A stretch of 64,000 bases of DNA from an uncultured bacterium (GCA_964524145.1 CAZGCA010000019.1:4133-68132); one strand, 5' to 3'; positions 45,329-54,641 are shown, counted from the first letter of the stretch. Notes: a model not told the origin generated them from the letters alone. Numbers and translations: made by a program.

Positions 45329-46585
45329 ATGACCCTGAAACAGCAAGTTGAATCCATAGGCAAGGCAGCACGGCGCGCTGCGGACCAGGTCGCCCGTGCG
45401 TCGTCGACGGAGAAGAATCGCGCGCTCGAGCTGATCGCGACCGGCCTGTTGAAGAGCCGGACGCGGTTACGAACGGCGAACGAGAAGGACCTGCGCGCCG
45501 GCAGGAAATCGGGTCTTTCGGGATCCATGCTGGACCGGTTGAAGCTGACCGCGCAACGCATCGAGGCGATGGCCGGCGGTGCCCGTGAGGTTGCGGAACT
45601 CCCCGATCCCGTGGGAGAGGTTCTCGAACAGTGGACTCGTCCAAACGGGCTCGAGATAACGAAGGTACGAGTGCCGTTGGGCGTTGTGGGGATCATTTAC
45701 GAGTCGCGGCCAAACGTGACCGTTGACGCTGCTGTGCTGTGCCTGAAATCTGGCAATGCGAGCATACTGCGCGGAGGCTCGGAAGCCCTACACTCGAACC
45801 TGGCGATTGCGGAGGTGCTCGCCGACGCGCTCACTGCCGCACGCCTGCCGAAACACGCGATACAGGTCATCCCCACGACCGAACGTGAGGCGGTCCAGCA
45901 TCTGCTGAAGCTTGACAAATACGTGGACGTTATCATACCGCGAGGCGGCAAGGGGTTGATCGAGACCGTGATGCGGGAATCCGCGATCCCTGTCGTGAAG
46001 CATTATGAAGGTATCTGCCACACGTATGTGGACGCTGCCGCCGATCTCGCAATGGCTAGAGCGATCTGTTTCAACGCGAAGGTGCAGCGGCCGGGGGTGT
46101 GCAACGCAATGGAGACACTGCTCGTGCATAAGGACGTAGCGGAAGCGTTTCTACCGGGGATGTGCCGCAAACTGGCACACGCGGGCGTCGAGATACGCGG
46201 TTGCGAACGGACCAGGGCGTTGTACAAGAAAGCGAGACCGGCGACCGAAGAGGACTGGCGGACGGAGTATCTCGATCTTATACTCTCCGTACGGGTCGTG
46301 CCCTCGATAAACGCGGCCATTAGTCATGTTGCCCAATATGGCTCGCACCATTCCGACGCGATAGTGACGGACAACTACCATGCTGCACGCAAGTTTCTGC
46401 ACGAGGTCGACAGCGCCGCCGTATACGTCAACGCTTCAACCCGGTTCACCGACGGCTACGAATTCGGGCTCGGCGCCGAAATAGGTATCAGCACGAACCG
46501 GCTCCATTGTCGCGGCCCAATGGGTCTGCGCGAGCTGACCTGCACCAAGTACCAAGTGTGCGGCAGCGGCCAGGTAAGGACGTAG
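45329..46585 (+). CDS. proA: Gamma-glutamyl phosphate reductase
   Basis: 'MTLKQQVESIGKAARRA', 'GIIYESRPNVTVDAAVLCLKSGNA', 'IIPRGGKGLI'. ATG at 45329; the track ORF starts upstream. Confidence 0.9.
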   Translation: MTLKQQVESIGKAARRAADQVARASSTEKNRALELIATGLLKSRTRLRTANEKDLRAGRKSGLSGSMLDRLKLTAQRIEAMAGGAREVAELPDPVGEVLEQWTRPNGLEITKVRVPLGVVGIIYESRPNVTVDAAVLCLKSGNASILRGGSEALHSNLAIAEVLADALTAARLPKHAIQVIPTTEREAVQHLLKLDKYVDVIIPRGGKGLIETVMRESAIPVVKHYEGICHTYVDAAADLAMARAICFNAKVQRPGVCNAMETLLVHKDVAEAFLPGMCRKLAHAGVEIRGCERTRALYKKARPATEEDWRTEYLDLILSVRVVPSINAAISHVAQYGSHHSDAIVTDNYHAARKFLHEVDSAAVYVNASTRFTDGYEFGLGAEIGISTNRLHCRGPMGLRELTCTKYQVCGSGQVRT

Positions 46586-46593
46586 GTGGCGTC

Positions 46594-47208
46594 GTGACGA
46601 CCCAGCTTGGTGTGTTCGGTGGCACGTTCGACCCGATCCACAATGGGCATGTTTCAGTGGCTGCCGAGGCAGCGCAAGAGCTTTCGCTGGACAGGGTGCT
46701 GTTCATCCCTGCAGCACGTCCGCCGCACAAGGAAGACGACGTGCACGCGGACCCGCTCGACAGGTACAATATGGTCGAACTGGCGGTGGAGCCGTACGAA
46801 CGTTTTGAGGCTTCCCGAATCGAACTTGACCGCGACGGCAAATCCTTCACCGAGGACACCCTCGTCGCGTTGCGGGGCATCTATCCCGAAGCGGAGTTCT
46901 TCCTGCTGCTGGGGCTGGACGCGTTCTCCGAGATACCCGCCTGGAAAAACCCCCACCGGATTGTCCAGATGGCGCAGGTTGTCGTCCTGAACCGTCCGGG
47001 TTTCTCGAGGGAGCAGTTGCAGGACGCGCTGTCTGAGAAGGTGCGATGGCTTGATGTAACGCCCGTCGATATCTCGGCCACCGAGATACGCAGAAAAGTC
47101 CGGGAAGGCGAGCCGATAACCGACATGGTGCCGGTTCCGGTCAGTGAGTACATCAGGGCACACGGGCTTTACCGGATTCCTGCAGCGGGCTCTCCACCCG
47201 AAAGATGA
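46594..47208 (+). CDS. nadD: Nicotinate-nucleotide adenylyltransferase
   Basis: 'GVFGGTFDPIHNGH' (H/TxGH motif). GTG at 46594 gives the typical short N-terminus. The stop overlaps the yqeK start (ATGA). Confidence 0.85.
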   Translation: MTTQLGVFGGTFDPIHNGHVSVAAEAAQELSLDRVLFIPAARPPHKEDDVHADPLDRYNMVELAVEPYERFEASRIELDRDGKSFTEDTLVALRGIYPEAEFFLLLGLDAFSEIPAWKNPHRIVQMAQVVVLNRPGFSREQLQDALSEKVRWLDVTPVDISATEIRRKVREGEPITDMVPVPVSEYIRAHGLYRIPAAGSPPER

Positions 47209-47822
47209 ACAATCTAAACACCCAGCGTGGAACTGAATCCCTCAAGCCGGCTGTGCGCGCACGACTGGGCGACGATCTGTACTTGCATTCGGTCGGCACG
47301 GCAAAGACAGCCGGGACCTTGGCAGAGCTCTACGGCCACTCACGGCAGCTTGCAGAGCTTGCCGGGCTGTTGCATGATATAGCCCGATCGCTCGGGCGGC
47401 CAGCGATGATCGAGATAATCACGCGGAACGGGATACGGTTGGAAGGGCTTGAGACGGAGGAGGAGTCGCTGCTGCACGCGCCGGCGGGCGCCGCCATCGC
47501 GCGAGAGGATTTCGGCGTGACTGACCGTTCTGTTCTCGAAGCGATCCGCTACCATACAACCGGCGTCGTTGGGATGAGCGGGCTGGCCAAATGTGTTTTT
47601 GCAGCCGACTTTGTCGAGGAAGGACGCGAGCACAAAGCAGCGGAACGGGTGCGCAATCAGCTCACCAGTGGGCTTGACCGGCTCGTGATTGCTGTTCTCG
47701 GAGAAAAGATTGCCTACGTGCAGAGTGAGGGCAAGCGGGTTGATCCTCGCGCACTCGATTTGTTCGCACTACTGCAAAACGATGTCGGGGGAGACGATGA
47801 TGCGTCGCACCACCGCCCGTGA
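47205..47822 (+). CDS. yqeK: HD-domain protein YqeK (bis(5'-nucleosyl)-tetraphosphatase-like)
   Basis: 'LYLHSVGTAKTAGTLAELYG...LLHDIAR' HD motif. Conserved nadD-yqeK gene pair. Confidence 0.75.
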   Translation: MNNLNTQRGTESLKPAVRARLGDDLYLHSVGTAKTAGTLAELYGHSRQLAELAGLLHDIARSLGRPAMIEIITRNGIRLEGLETEEESLLHAPAGAAIAREDFGVTDRSVLEAIRYHTTGVVGMSGLAKCVFAADFVEEGREHKAAERVRNQLTSGLDRLVIAVLGEKIAYVQSEGKRVDPRALDLFALLQNDVGGDDDASHHRP

Positions 47823-48549
47823 AACGCTCGACGCGATCGCGCCTTACTACGACGGCCTGATGCAACGCATAGACTACAGGCGGTGGGAGGAAGAGGTGCT
47901 CAGGCTCGAGGAAGTTGTTCCGGGCGCGTTGGACAACGTACTCGAGATTGGATGCGGGACAGGCAGGCTCGCAAAACAGCTCAGGCGGCACGGCGTACGA
48001 ATCATCGGGTGCGACTGGTCCGAACGCATGGTGGCAGAGGCCGTCAAGAAAGCCGGGAAGGCGCGCAACCGGCCGCGGTTTGTCGTGGCCGACATGCGTG
48101 CTTTGCCGTTCCACCCGCAGAAGGCACGTTTCACGACCGTGGTCGCGCTATTTGACACGGTGAATTTCCTGAGGACACGGAAGGATCTCGACAGACTGAT
48201 GTCCGGTGTGAACGATCTCCTTTGCGACGGCGGGATCTTCCTCTTCGATGTTGTCACCGAGCGCAACATACTCAACCATTTCGCAGACAGCTCCTGGCAA
48301 GAGATCAGTGGTGGAGTCAAATCCTCATGGCGCGGACGCTACACGAGAGACCGCAAGGAATGCACTGTTGAAATATCGATCGACGGGGGACCATCGGTGC
48401 GATTCGTCGAACATCTATTCACCACGGAGGAGCTCGCCCTGGCAACGCGTCGTGCGGGTTTCTCAACGACGCGAACGGTCGAATCGTACTCGTGGCGGGA
48501 GGTCTCTGACACGACTGAGCGCATATCCGTTATCGCCATCAAGGGGTAG
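47797..48549 (+). CDS. Class I SAM-dependent methyltransferase
   Basis: 'VLEIGCGTGRL' motif I, 'FVVADMRALPF'. ATG-ATG start overlaps the yqeK end by 26 nt. Confidence 0.7.
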   Translation: MMRRTTARETLDAIAPYYDGLMQRIDYRRWEEEVLRLEEVVPGALDNVLEIGCGTGRLAKQLRRHGVRIIGCDWSERMVAEAVKKAGKARNRPRFVVADMRALPFHPQKARFTTVVALFDTVNFLRTRKDLDRLMSGVNDLLCDGGIFLFDVVTERNILNHFADSSWQEISGGVKSSWRGRYTRDRKECTVEISIDGGPSVRFVEHLFTTEELALATRRAGFSTTRTVESYSWREVSDTTERISVIAIKG

Positions 48550-48735
48550 CGCAACACATGGGCCGTTGTGCGCGATACCCGCTGTTCCATCAAAGGCTTG
48601 CTCCCGACGGGAACTATGGTTCCCAGAGATTGTTCTTCCTTTCCAAGAGGTTTTGCGATATAATGGCTAGCGGAACAGACGGAGTAATGCTGACAGCGCG
48701 CGTTATTGCAGATATCGAGATAACGGGGAGACAAC

Positions 48736-48948
48736 ATGACAAAGAAAGACCGTGAACGCAGAAACTTCGAACGGCGCAAAGCCAAAGACCGGCGCAAGGT
48801 CGAACGGAGGCGACGACGGGAAGACGCTGAGTTGCGGGGCGTCGACCGCCGCCGAAACGACCGGCGCCAGAAGATCAGACGCACAACCGATAGACGAGAG
48901 GTCCTTTGGTCCTACTCCGAACTTGACGAAGAGGAGACGGATCTGTAA
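48736..48948 (+). CDS. Candidate small (70 aa) highly basic Arg/Lys-rich protein with acidic C-terminal tail
   Basis: ATG preceded by a GGGGAGA RBS (6 nt) and a TATAAT -10 about 75 nt upstream. Codon-like composition. Sits between convergent genes. No family recognised. Confidence 0.35.
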   Translation: MTKKDRERRNFERRKAKDRRKVERRRRREDAELRGVDRRRNDRRQKIRRTTDRREVLWSYSELDEEETDL

Positions 48949-49016
48949 CGTTCCGAACTGGTATCCGGCTCCCACACCAGCGCCAACCCCGGTCCCAAGA
49001 GGTGCAGAGTCAGCTC

Positions 49017-50945
49017 CTATTCGCCGCCGGTCATCCGGAAATACTCCTCAGCCGTGGTCACACCTTTGAGCACCTTGTCTCTGGCCTTCATTGCCATCGG
49101 CACTAAACGTGCGGCTTTGGCAATCTTGCCGACAGCCTCGCCCTCGGTGATCATCTTCCTGATGGCGGGCGTCACCTCGAGTATCTCGAAGACACCGGTT
49201 CGACCAACATACCCCGAATGGAAACAGGCCGGACACCCTTCACCACGGTAGAGGTACTTTTTCGTGTCGGTTATCTTGAGCGCCTTGCGCACCGACGCGC
49301 TCGGCTTGTATTTCTTCTTGCAGTCGGGACAGATAACCCTGATGAGCCGTTGCGCGACCACCGCCGCAACAGAGCTCGAAATAAGGAACGGCATGATCCC
49401 CATATTGTAGAGGGTGCTTACCGCCTCGGGTGCATCGTTCGTGTGCAACGTGCTGAAAACCAAGTGGCCGGTCATGGCCGCACGTATGGCTATGTGCGCG
49501 GTTTCGACGTCGCGTATCTCGCCCACGAGTATTGTGTCCACATCCTGTCGGAGCGCGGCCCTCAGCGTCTTCGCGAACGTGAGGTCGATGCCCGTGTTGA
49601 TCTCCACCTGGTTGATTCCCGAAAGCTGGTACTCGACCGGGTCTTCGAGCGTGATTATGCTCTCGTTGACCACGTCCCGCTGGTTGAGCGCGGCGTAAAG
49701 AGTCGTTGTCTTGCCGCACCCCGTCGGGCCGGTGACCAGTATCATCCCGTGAGGCCGCCGGAACAACTTCTCCATCGTCTTCATGTCTTTGTCGGCGAGG
49801 CCGAGCTCTTTCAACCCCTTAAAGACGCTTGCCGGGTCGAGCAGACGCAATGTTATCCTCTCGCCGAGGCACGTCGGCATCGTCGCTACCCGCAGGTCGC
49901 ACTCTCTATCCTGGAACATTATCATGAAGTGCGCGTCCTGAGGACGTCGCGTCTCCGTGATATCCATATCCGCCAGTATCTTCAACCTGGACACGACCGC
50001 CGGTTCGATCTTTGGCGGGATCGTCATCACGTCGTGCAAAGTGCCGTCGATCCGGTACCTGACCCTCATCTCCGGCTTGTGCGGATCAAGGTGGATGTCC
50101 GTCGCGCGAGCGTTCACCGCTCCCTCAATTATCGTCGCCACCATCTTGACCACCGGCACATTCTCGGCCATCCTCGCAACCTCGGCAAACCGTGCCTTGT
50201 CCTCCGGCGCTTGGTCGGCCGGCGGGTGGGGTCTGGCCTTCGGTTCCGGCGCAACGACCGCGGTCGATTTTGCGACAACATCAGCCATCGATTTCGACTC
50301 CAATCCCTTGTAGCACTTGTCAATAGCCTTGAGCAGGTCTTCCTCTTCCGCAACGACCGCTTCGACCTCCATCCCTGTTATCAGGCGGACGTTATCGAGG
50401 GTGTGCGCGGTTCGCGGGTCGTTTACCGCGACCGTCAGCTTACCTTCTTCCTGCTTGATAGCTAGCACCTTGTTGACCCGTGCAACGTTCTCGGGCAATC
50501 GCGCAACGGCCTCCATGTCGAACGGGTATTTGGCCAGCTCAACGTGCTCAATACCGTATTGCTTGCCGAGAGCTACCGCCATAACGTGCGGCGTAACCAG
50601 ACCGCGCTCGAGCAATATCCTTCCCAACAACCTGCCCGTACGTTTCTGTTCCGCCAATCCCTTGTTGAGCTGGTCGCGTGTTATCGCGCCGATCTTCAGG
50701 AGGGCCTGACCAAGCGGATCTTCCGTACGCTTCCTCTTCGGTCCACCCAGGCTGATTTCGTAGTGAAGGACGTCGTCTATGGCCTTGATCGGCACACGCT
50801 GGGTGTTTATCAGGTGGCGCATCCACGAGATGCCGCTCTTGTCCGACTGTGCGATGGCTTCATCGAGTTCCTCTCGTGTGATCACCTCGTCCTTGACAAG
50901 CCGCTCTCCAATCCGTGCCTCATCCCTGCTGCCAGAACCCGCCAT
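49017..50945 (-). CDS. Type II secretion / type IV pilus assembly ATPase (GspE/PilB family) with N-terminal T2SSE_N domains
   Basis: Walker A 'GPTGCGKTT', 'ILVGEIRD', His box 'GHLVFSTLHTN', C-terminal Cys4 'CPDC...CPAC'. 642 aa. Confidence 0.9.
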   Translation of the reverse strand: MAGSGSRDEARIGERLVKDEVITREELDEAIAQSDKSGISWMRHLINTQRVPIKAIDDVLHYEISLGGPKRKRTEDPLGQALLKIGAITRDQLNKGLAEQKRTGRLLGRILLERGLVTPHVMAVALGKQYGIEHVELAKYPFDMEAVARLPENVARVNKVLAIKQEEGKLTVAVNDPRTAHTLDNVRLITGMEVEAVVAEEEDLLKAIDKCYKGLESKSMADVVAKSTAVVAPEPKARPHPPADQAPEDKARFAEVARMAENVPVVKMVATIIEGAVNARATDIHLDPHKPEMRVRYRIDGTLHDVMTIPPKIEPAVVSRLKILADMDITETRRPQDAHFMIMFQDRECDLRVATMPTCLGERITLRLLDPASVFKGLKELGLADKDMKTMEKLFRRPHGMILVTGPTGCGKTTTLYAALNQRDVVNESIITLEDPVEYQLSGINQVEINTGIDLTFAKTLRAALRQDVDTILVGEIRDVETAHIAIRAAMTGHLVFSTLHTNDAPEAVSTLYNMGIMPFLISSSVAAVVAQRLIRVICPDCKKKYKPSASVRKALKITDTKKYLYRGEGCPACFHSGYVGRTGVFEILEVTPAIRKMITEGEAVGKIAKAARLVPMAMKARDKVLKGVTTAEEYFRMTGGE

Positions 50946-50986
50946 CTCAACCTTCTCCTTTCTTAGTGTGATTCCGTTGCACCATC

Positions 50987-51988
50987 TTAACTCTTCACCC
51001 TGATGTTGCGCAATGCCTCCAGTAGGTTCCGAAACTCCTCCGGGGGCTCGGCTTCAAACCGCATGAAACGCGGCGTCCCGGGATGAACAAACCCCAGCCT
51101 CGCCGCGTGCAGTGCTTGTCCGGGAAGCTTCTGCAAGGCATCGTTCACGGTCTCGTCTCGCGTCTCAAGATCTCTGGTATTCCTCCCGTACGTCGGGTCG
51201 CCCAGTACGGGATGGCCGGCAAACGTGAGATGAACTCGTATCTGGTGTGTTCTGCCCGTCTCGATCCTCACACGCAGCAGCGTAGCGCACCCGAAACTCT
51301 CGAGAACCGTGAACCTCGTTAGGGCATCCCTGTTTGCTACCCCGCCGATGACCATCTTCTTTCTGTCGGTAGCTCCGCGTCCGATAGGGGCATCTATGAC
51401 GCCCTCGTTCTCGGCGAACTTCCCCCGCACCACAGCGAGGTAGTACCGTTCAACAGATCGTTCCTTGACCTGCTTTGAAAGCTCTCTGAATGCGCGCTCG
51501 TTCTTGGCGACAACTATCAAACCGGTCGTGTCCTTGTCAAGTCTATGGACGATGCCTGGTCGTTGGACACCGCCAATCGGCTGCAAATCGTTGCAGTGGT
51601 GCAGGAGTGCGTTCACCAATGTCCCCGACGGTGTACCAGGCGCGGGATGGACTACCATACCGGCATGCTTGTTGACGACGATCAAATCGCCATCCTCGTA
51701 GACGATGTCGATATCTAGTGCTTCAGGCAGTGGTTGTGCGGGTTCCGGCTCAGGTATCTCGACGCTCACGACGGTCCCGGGAGCCAGAATCTTGCTCGGC
51801 TTGACGGCGGCACCATTGACCGTGACGTCTTTGTTCAGGATCAGTCTGCGAGCCTGCGCACGGGTCAATTCAGGCATCTTCATCGCCAGAAACTTGTCCG
51901 CGCGGACCAGCGTATCGTGGTCTTCGACAACCAGCTCCCGTTTGCTGCCATCACCTTGTTCTCGGATGTTGTTACCGAGAGTCCTCAT
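50987..51988 (-). CDS. RluA-family 23S rRNA pseudouridine synthase (RluD-like) with S4 domain
   Basis: 'IVHRLDKDTTGLIVVAKN' catalytic Asp motif. N-terminal S4-like 'RADKFLA...RAQARRLI'. Confidence 0.85.
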   Translation of the reverse strand: MRTLGNNIREQGDGSKRELVVEDHDTLVRADKFLAMKMPELTRAQARRLILNKDVTVNGAAVKPSKILAPGTVVSVEIPEPEPAQPLPEALDIDIVYEDGDLIVVNKHAGMVVHPAPGTPSGTLVNALLHHCNDLQPIGGVQRPGIVHRLDKDTTGLIVVAKNERAFRELSKQVKERSVERYYLAVVRGKFAENEGVIDAPIGRGATDRKKMVIGGVANRDALTRFTVLESFGCATLLRVRIETGRTHQIRVHLTFAGHPVLGDPTYGRNTRDLETRDETVNDALQKLPGQALHAARLGFVHPGTPRFMRFEAEPPEEFRNLLEALRNIRVKS

Positions 51989-52027
51989 CCCCGAGCCTCC
52001 ATCTCGGCAAAAGAATCAGTCCGCGGA

Positions 52028-53581
52028 CTATCGTAAAGAGTCTGCGACGCCCGCGAATCTGGCTTTAAGCGCAGGGTATAGGGCGCAGTATTCTTTGTAG
52101 TACCGTGCGTAGAGAGACCGTGTCTTCTTGCGGGGGGACATCCTGCTGACAACCTTGATGCTGGCGTCGCAGGCTTCCTCGACGGTCCGGAAAACCTTTG
52201 CGCCCACTCCCGCGAGAAGAGCCGCGCCGTATGCCGGTCCTTCGTCAACGTTGATAGTCACGAGCGGCAGGTCGTTTACATCAGCCTGGATCTGGCGCCA
52301 CAGCTTGCTTCTTGCGCCACCTCCCGAAGCCCGAACCTCGTCCATCGGAACGCCCATAGACTTAATTATCTCGAACGAGTCTTTCAGCCCGAATGCAACC
52401 CCTTCAAGGACGCTCCGCGCAAAATGCGCCTTGGTATGTCGCAAATGGATGCCGAAAAAGACGCCTTTTGCGTTGGCATCGGCGTGCGGGGTGCGTTCGC
52501 CCGTAAGATACGGCAGGAATACTAATCCCTCACACCCGGCAGGCGCCGAAGCCGCCTCCTCTATTATGAGTTCATACGGATCGCGTCCCTCAAGAGATGC
52601 GACCTCCTTCTCCGCCCCACAAAACGTGTCGCGGTACCAGCGCAACGAACCCCCTGCCGACAGCATTACGCCCATGACGTGCCACTTGCCCGGGACCGCA
52701 TGACAGAACGTATGCACTCGTCCTTTCGGGTCGAGCAGCACCTTGTCCGAGAAGGCAAAGACCACGCCGGACGTACCGACCGTAGAGGATACGATGCCCC
52801 GCCTGACTATACCCGTGCCGACCGCGCCCGCAGCCTGGTCGCCTCCGCCGCCGACAACAGGCGTGCCGGCCACAAGCCCCGTCTGCTCGGCAGCCTTCTT
52901 CGAGATTGTCCCTGTGACAACGGTTGACTCCTCGCAACTCGGCAGAAACTCCAGCGGTATATCGAGCTTCGAAAGGATCTCCTTGCTCCAGCCGCGCTTT
53001 CTTACGTCGAGCAAGAGCGTGCCGGACGCGTCTGAGACCTCGGTGGCATATTCGCCCGTCAACAAGAACCGGATATAGTCCTTTGGAAGCAGTACCTTCT
53101 GAACCTTGTCATAGTTCCTCGGCTCGTGCTCGCGTAGCCAGAGTATCTTGGGAGCCGTAAAGCCGGTCAGCGCAGGGTTGCATGCCAGCTCGATGAGTTT
53201 CCGCTTTCCGACTTTTCTCGTGATCGCATCACATTGGGGTTGGGTGCGCTGGTCGCACCATAGAATCGCGGGTCGTATCACGCGGTTGTCCCGGTCCAGA
53301 AAGACCGAGCCGTGCATCTGTCCCGTAAGTCCGACACCCGCGACCTCGGCAGCCTTCACCTTGCGAGATGCAACCACCCTACGCAACGTCAGCTTTGTGG
53401 CCTCCCACCAGTCAGCAGGTTCTTGCTCCGCCCAACTCGGTTTCGGGCTGTAGAGAGGGTACTCCTCCGTAGCACTGGCCACAAGTGTGCCACGGGCATC
53501 GATGACGACCGCACGCGCACCGGTCGTTCCAACATCGATGCCTATCAAATACCTACCTTGTGATCTCCGATGTCCCACCAT
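52028..53581 (-). CDS. FGGY-family carbohydrate kinase (xylulokinase-like)
   Basis: 'YLIGIDVGTTGARAVVID' and 'GGGARS' motifs. 517 aa. Confidence 0.8.
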   Translation of the reverse strand: MVGHRRSQGRYLIGIDVGTTGARAVVIDARGTLVASATEEYPLYSPKPSWAEQEPADWWEATKLTLRRVVASRKVKAAEVAGVGLTGQMHGSVFLDRDNRVIRPAILWCDQRTQPQCDAITRKVGKRKLIELACNPALTGFTAPKILWLREHEPRNYDKVQKVLLPKDYIRFLLTGEYATEVSDASGTLLLDVRKRGWSKEILSKLDIPLEFLPSCEESTVVTGTISKKAAEQTGLVAGTPVVGGGGDQAAGAVGTGIVRRGIVSSTVGTSGVVFAFSDKVLLDPKGRVHTFCHAVPGKWHVMGVMLSAGGSLRWYRDTFCGAEKEVASLEGRDPYELIIEEAASAPAGCEGLVFLPYLTGERTPHADANAKGVFFGIHLRHTKAHFARSVLEGVAFGLKDSFEIIKSMGVPMDEVRASGGGARSKLWRQIQADVNDLPLVTINVDEGPAYGAALLAGVGAKVFRTVEEACDASIKVVSRMSPRKKTRSLYARYYKEYCALYPALKARFAGVADSLR

Positions 53582-53705
53582 CTGGATCCCTCATAAAGTT
53601 CCGCTCCTGCCTTGACGAACGGTGTACACTCCCTCACGAGGAACTGATAAGGATAAAAACGGAGCCACCAAGGGCTCCGTTCTTCAACAAGGAGTAACAA
53701 CTGGA

Positions 53706-53885
53706 CTACTGGCTGTTGCTTCTGGCGATTGCTTTCTGAACCTTTCGCCGCCTCCTGTCGCTCGGCTTCTCATAATGCTTGGTCTCGCGGAGTTTCTGCA
53801 TTATGCCTTCCTTGTTGCACTTCTTCTTGAAGCGGCGGAGCGCCTTCTCAAAAGGCTCATTCTCTTTGATACGAACTTTTGCCAC
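53706..53885 (-). CDS. rpsU: 30S ribosomal protein S21 (59 aa; below the ORF-track length cutoff)
   Basis: Translating the minus strand from GTG 53885 gives 'VAKVRIKENEPFEKALRRFKKKCNKEGIMQKLRETKHYEKPSDRRRRKVQKAIARSNSQ*'. GGGAGG RBS about 10 nt upstream. Confidence 0.8.
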   Translation of the reverse strand: MAKVRIKENEPFEKALRRFKKKCNKEGIMQKLRETKHYEKPSDRRRRKVQKAIARSNSQ

Positions 53886-54641
53886 GCATTCCTAACCTCC
53901 CTCCTGCGATCATCCCTCCAAGGAGGGTCTGACGTTATCGTTGCACCTTCGAAGAAACGGCGTTCACCGGCACACCACATGCTCATATACTACTGGCAAC
54001 AACCGTTTGTCCAACTGTACTTTGAGCAATATAACAGAAACAGCGCACTTTGTCAAGAACGAGAGGTGCCTGGCTCTTTGTCAAGAGTCCTTGTCTGAAC
54101 CTTGTCACGTATTCAAAACCAGCCTGGCAGTTGAGACGTTTCGCGGAGTCTGCTTATCTCGAGCTGCGCAGTCCTTAGCCCTTTGGCAAGACCGTCGATA
54201 GAAGCAGCACCGAAGAATTCTCCTGAACTCTGAACGGCCGTGTCGAATCGGAGCTGGGCTCTTCAATCTAGTTATTGTGCTGGGAGCACCGCGTCAGGAT
54301 AGTTCTCGCCGGTGTGGGGTTTCGTAGACAATGGTGTCCTGTTGCTTAAACGTTCGTAACACGATTGTTCCAAGTGGTTTAGCGCGTAACGCGTCGGCTG
54401 GATACCGTCTTGGAATGGCCAAGCACAACATCCAGTGCAACCGATGAATTCCGTCTAATAAGGCTAACCGGTTGTGAGGCAGGGGATTAGAGAACAAAGA
54501 GAAGCTGGCACGGAACCTGCTTAACCATCGTTGGTGCATGTTATTGCATGGTGAATTGACCAAGTAGGACTATGACGGCTATGGAGGACTGCTTGCGGCT
54601 GTGTTCGATTGCGTAAGAGTCATGACGGGAGAGGGGGCAAA

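Noticed and set aside
49218-50465. 415-aa plus-strand ORF opposite the GspE/PilB gene. Likewise 61442-63586 (714 aa) opposite the 960-aa VWA gene and 58407-59333 opposite DUF58.
   Set aside because: Antisense to genes with unmistakable Walker, VWA and DUF58 motifs. No independent support.
53986-54608. Looked for RNase P RNA, tmRNA, SRP RNA and 6S RNA signatures in the long spacer.
   Set aside because: Conserved boxes (e.g. GGAAAGTCCGGGC, tmRNA tag ORF plus T-arm/CCA, SRP GGAA tetraloop helix) not found by eye. Left as an unclassified candidate only.
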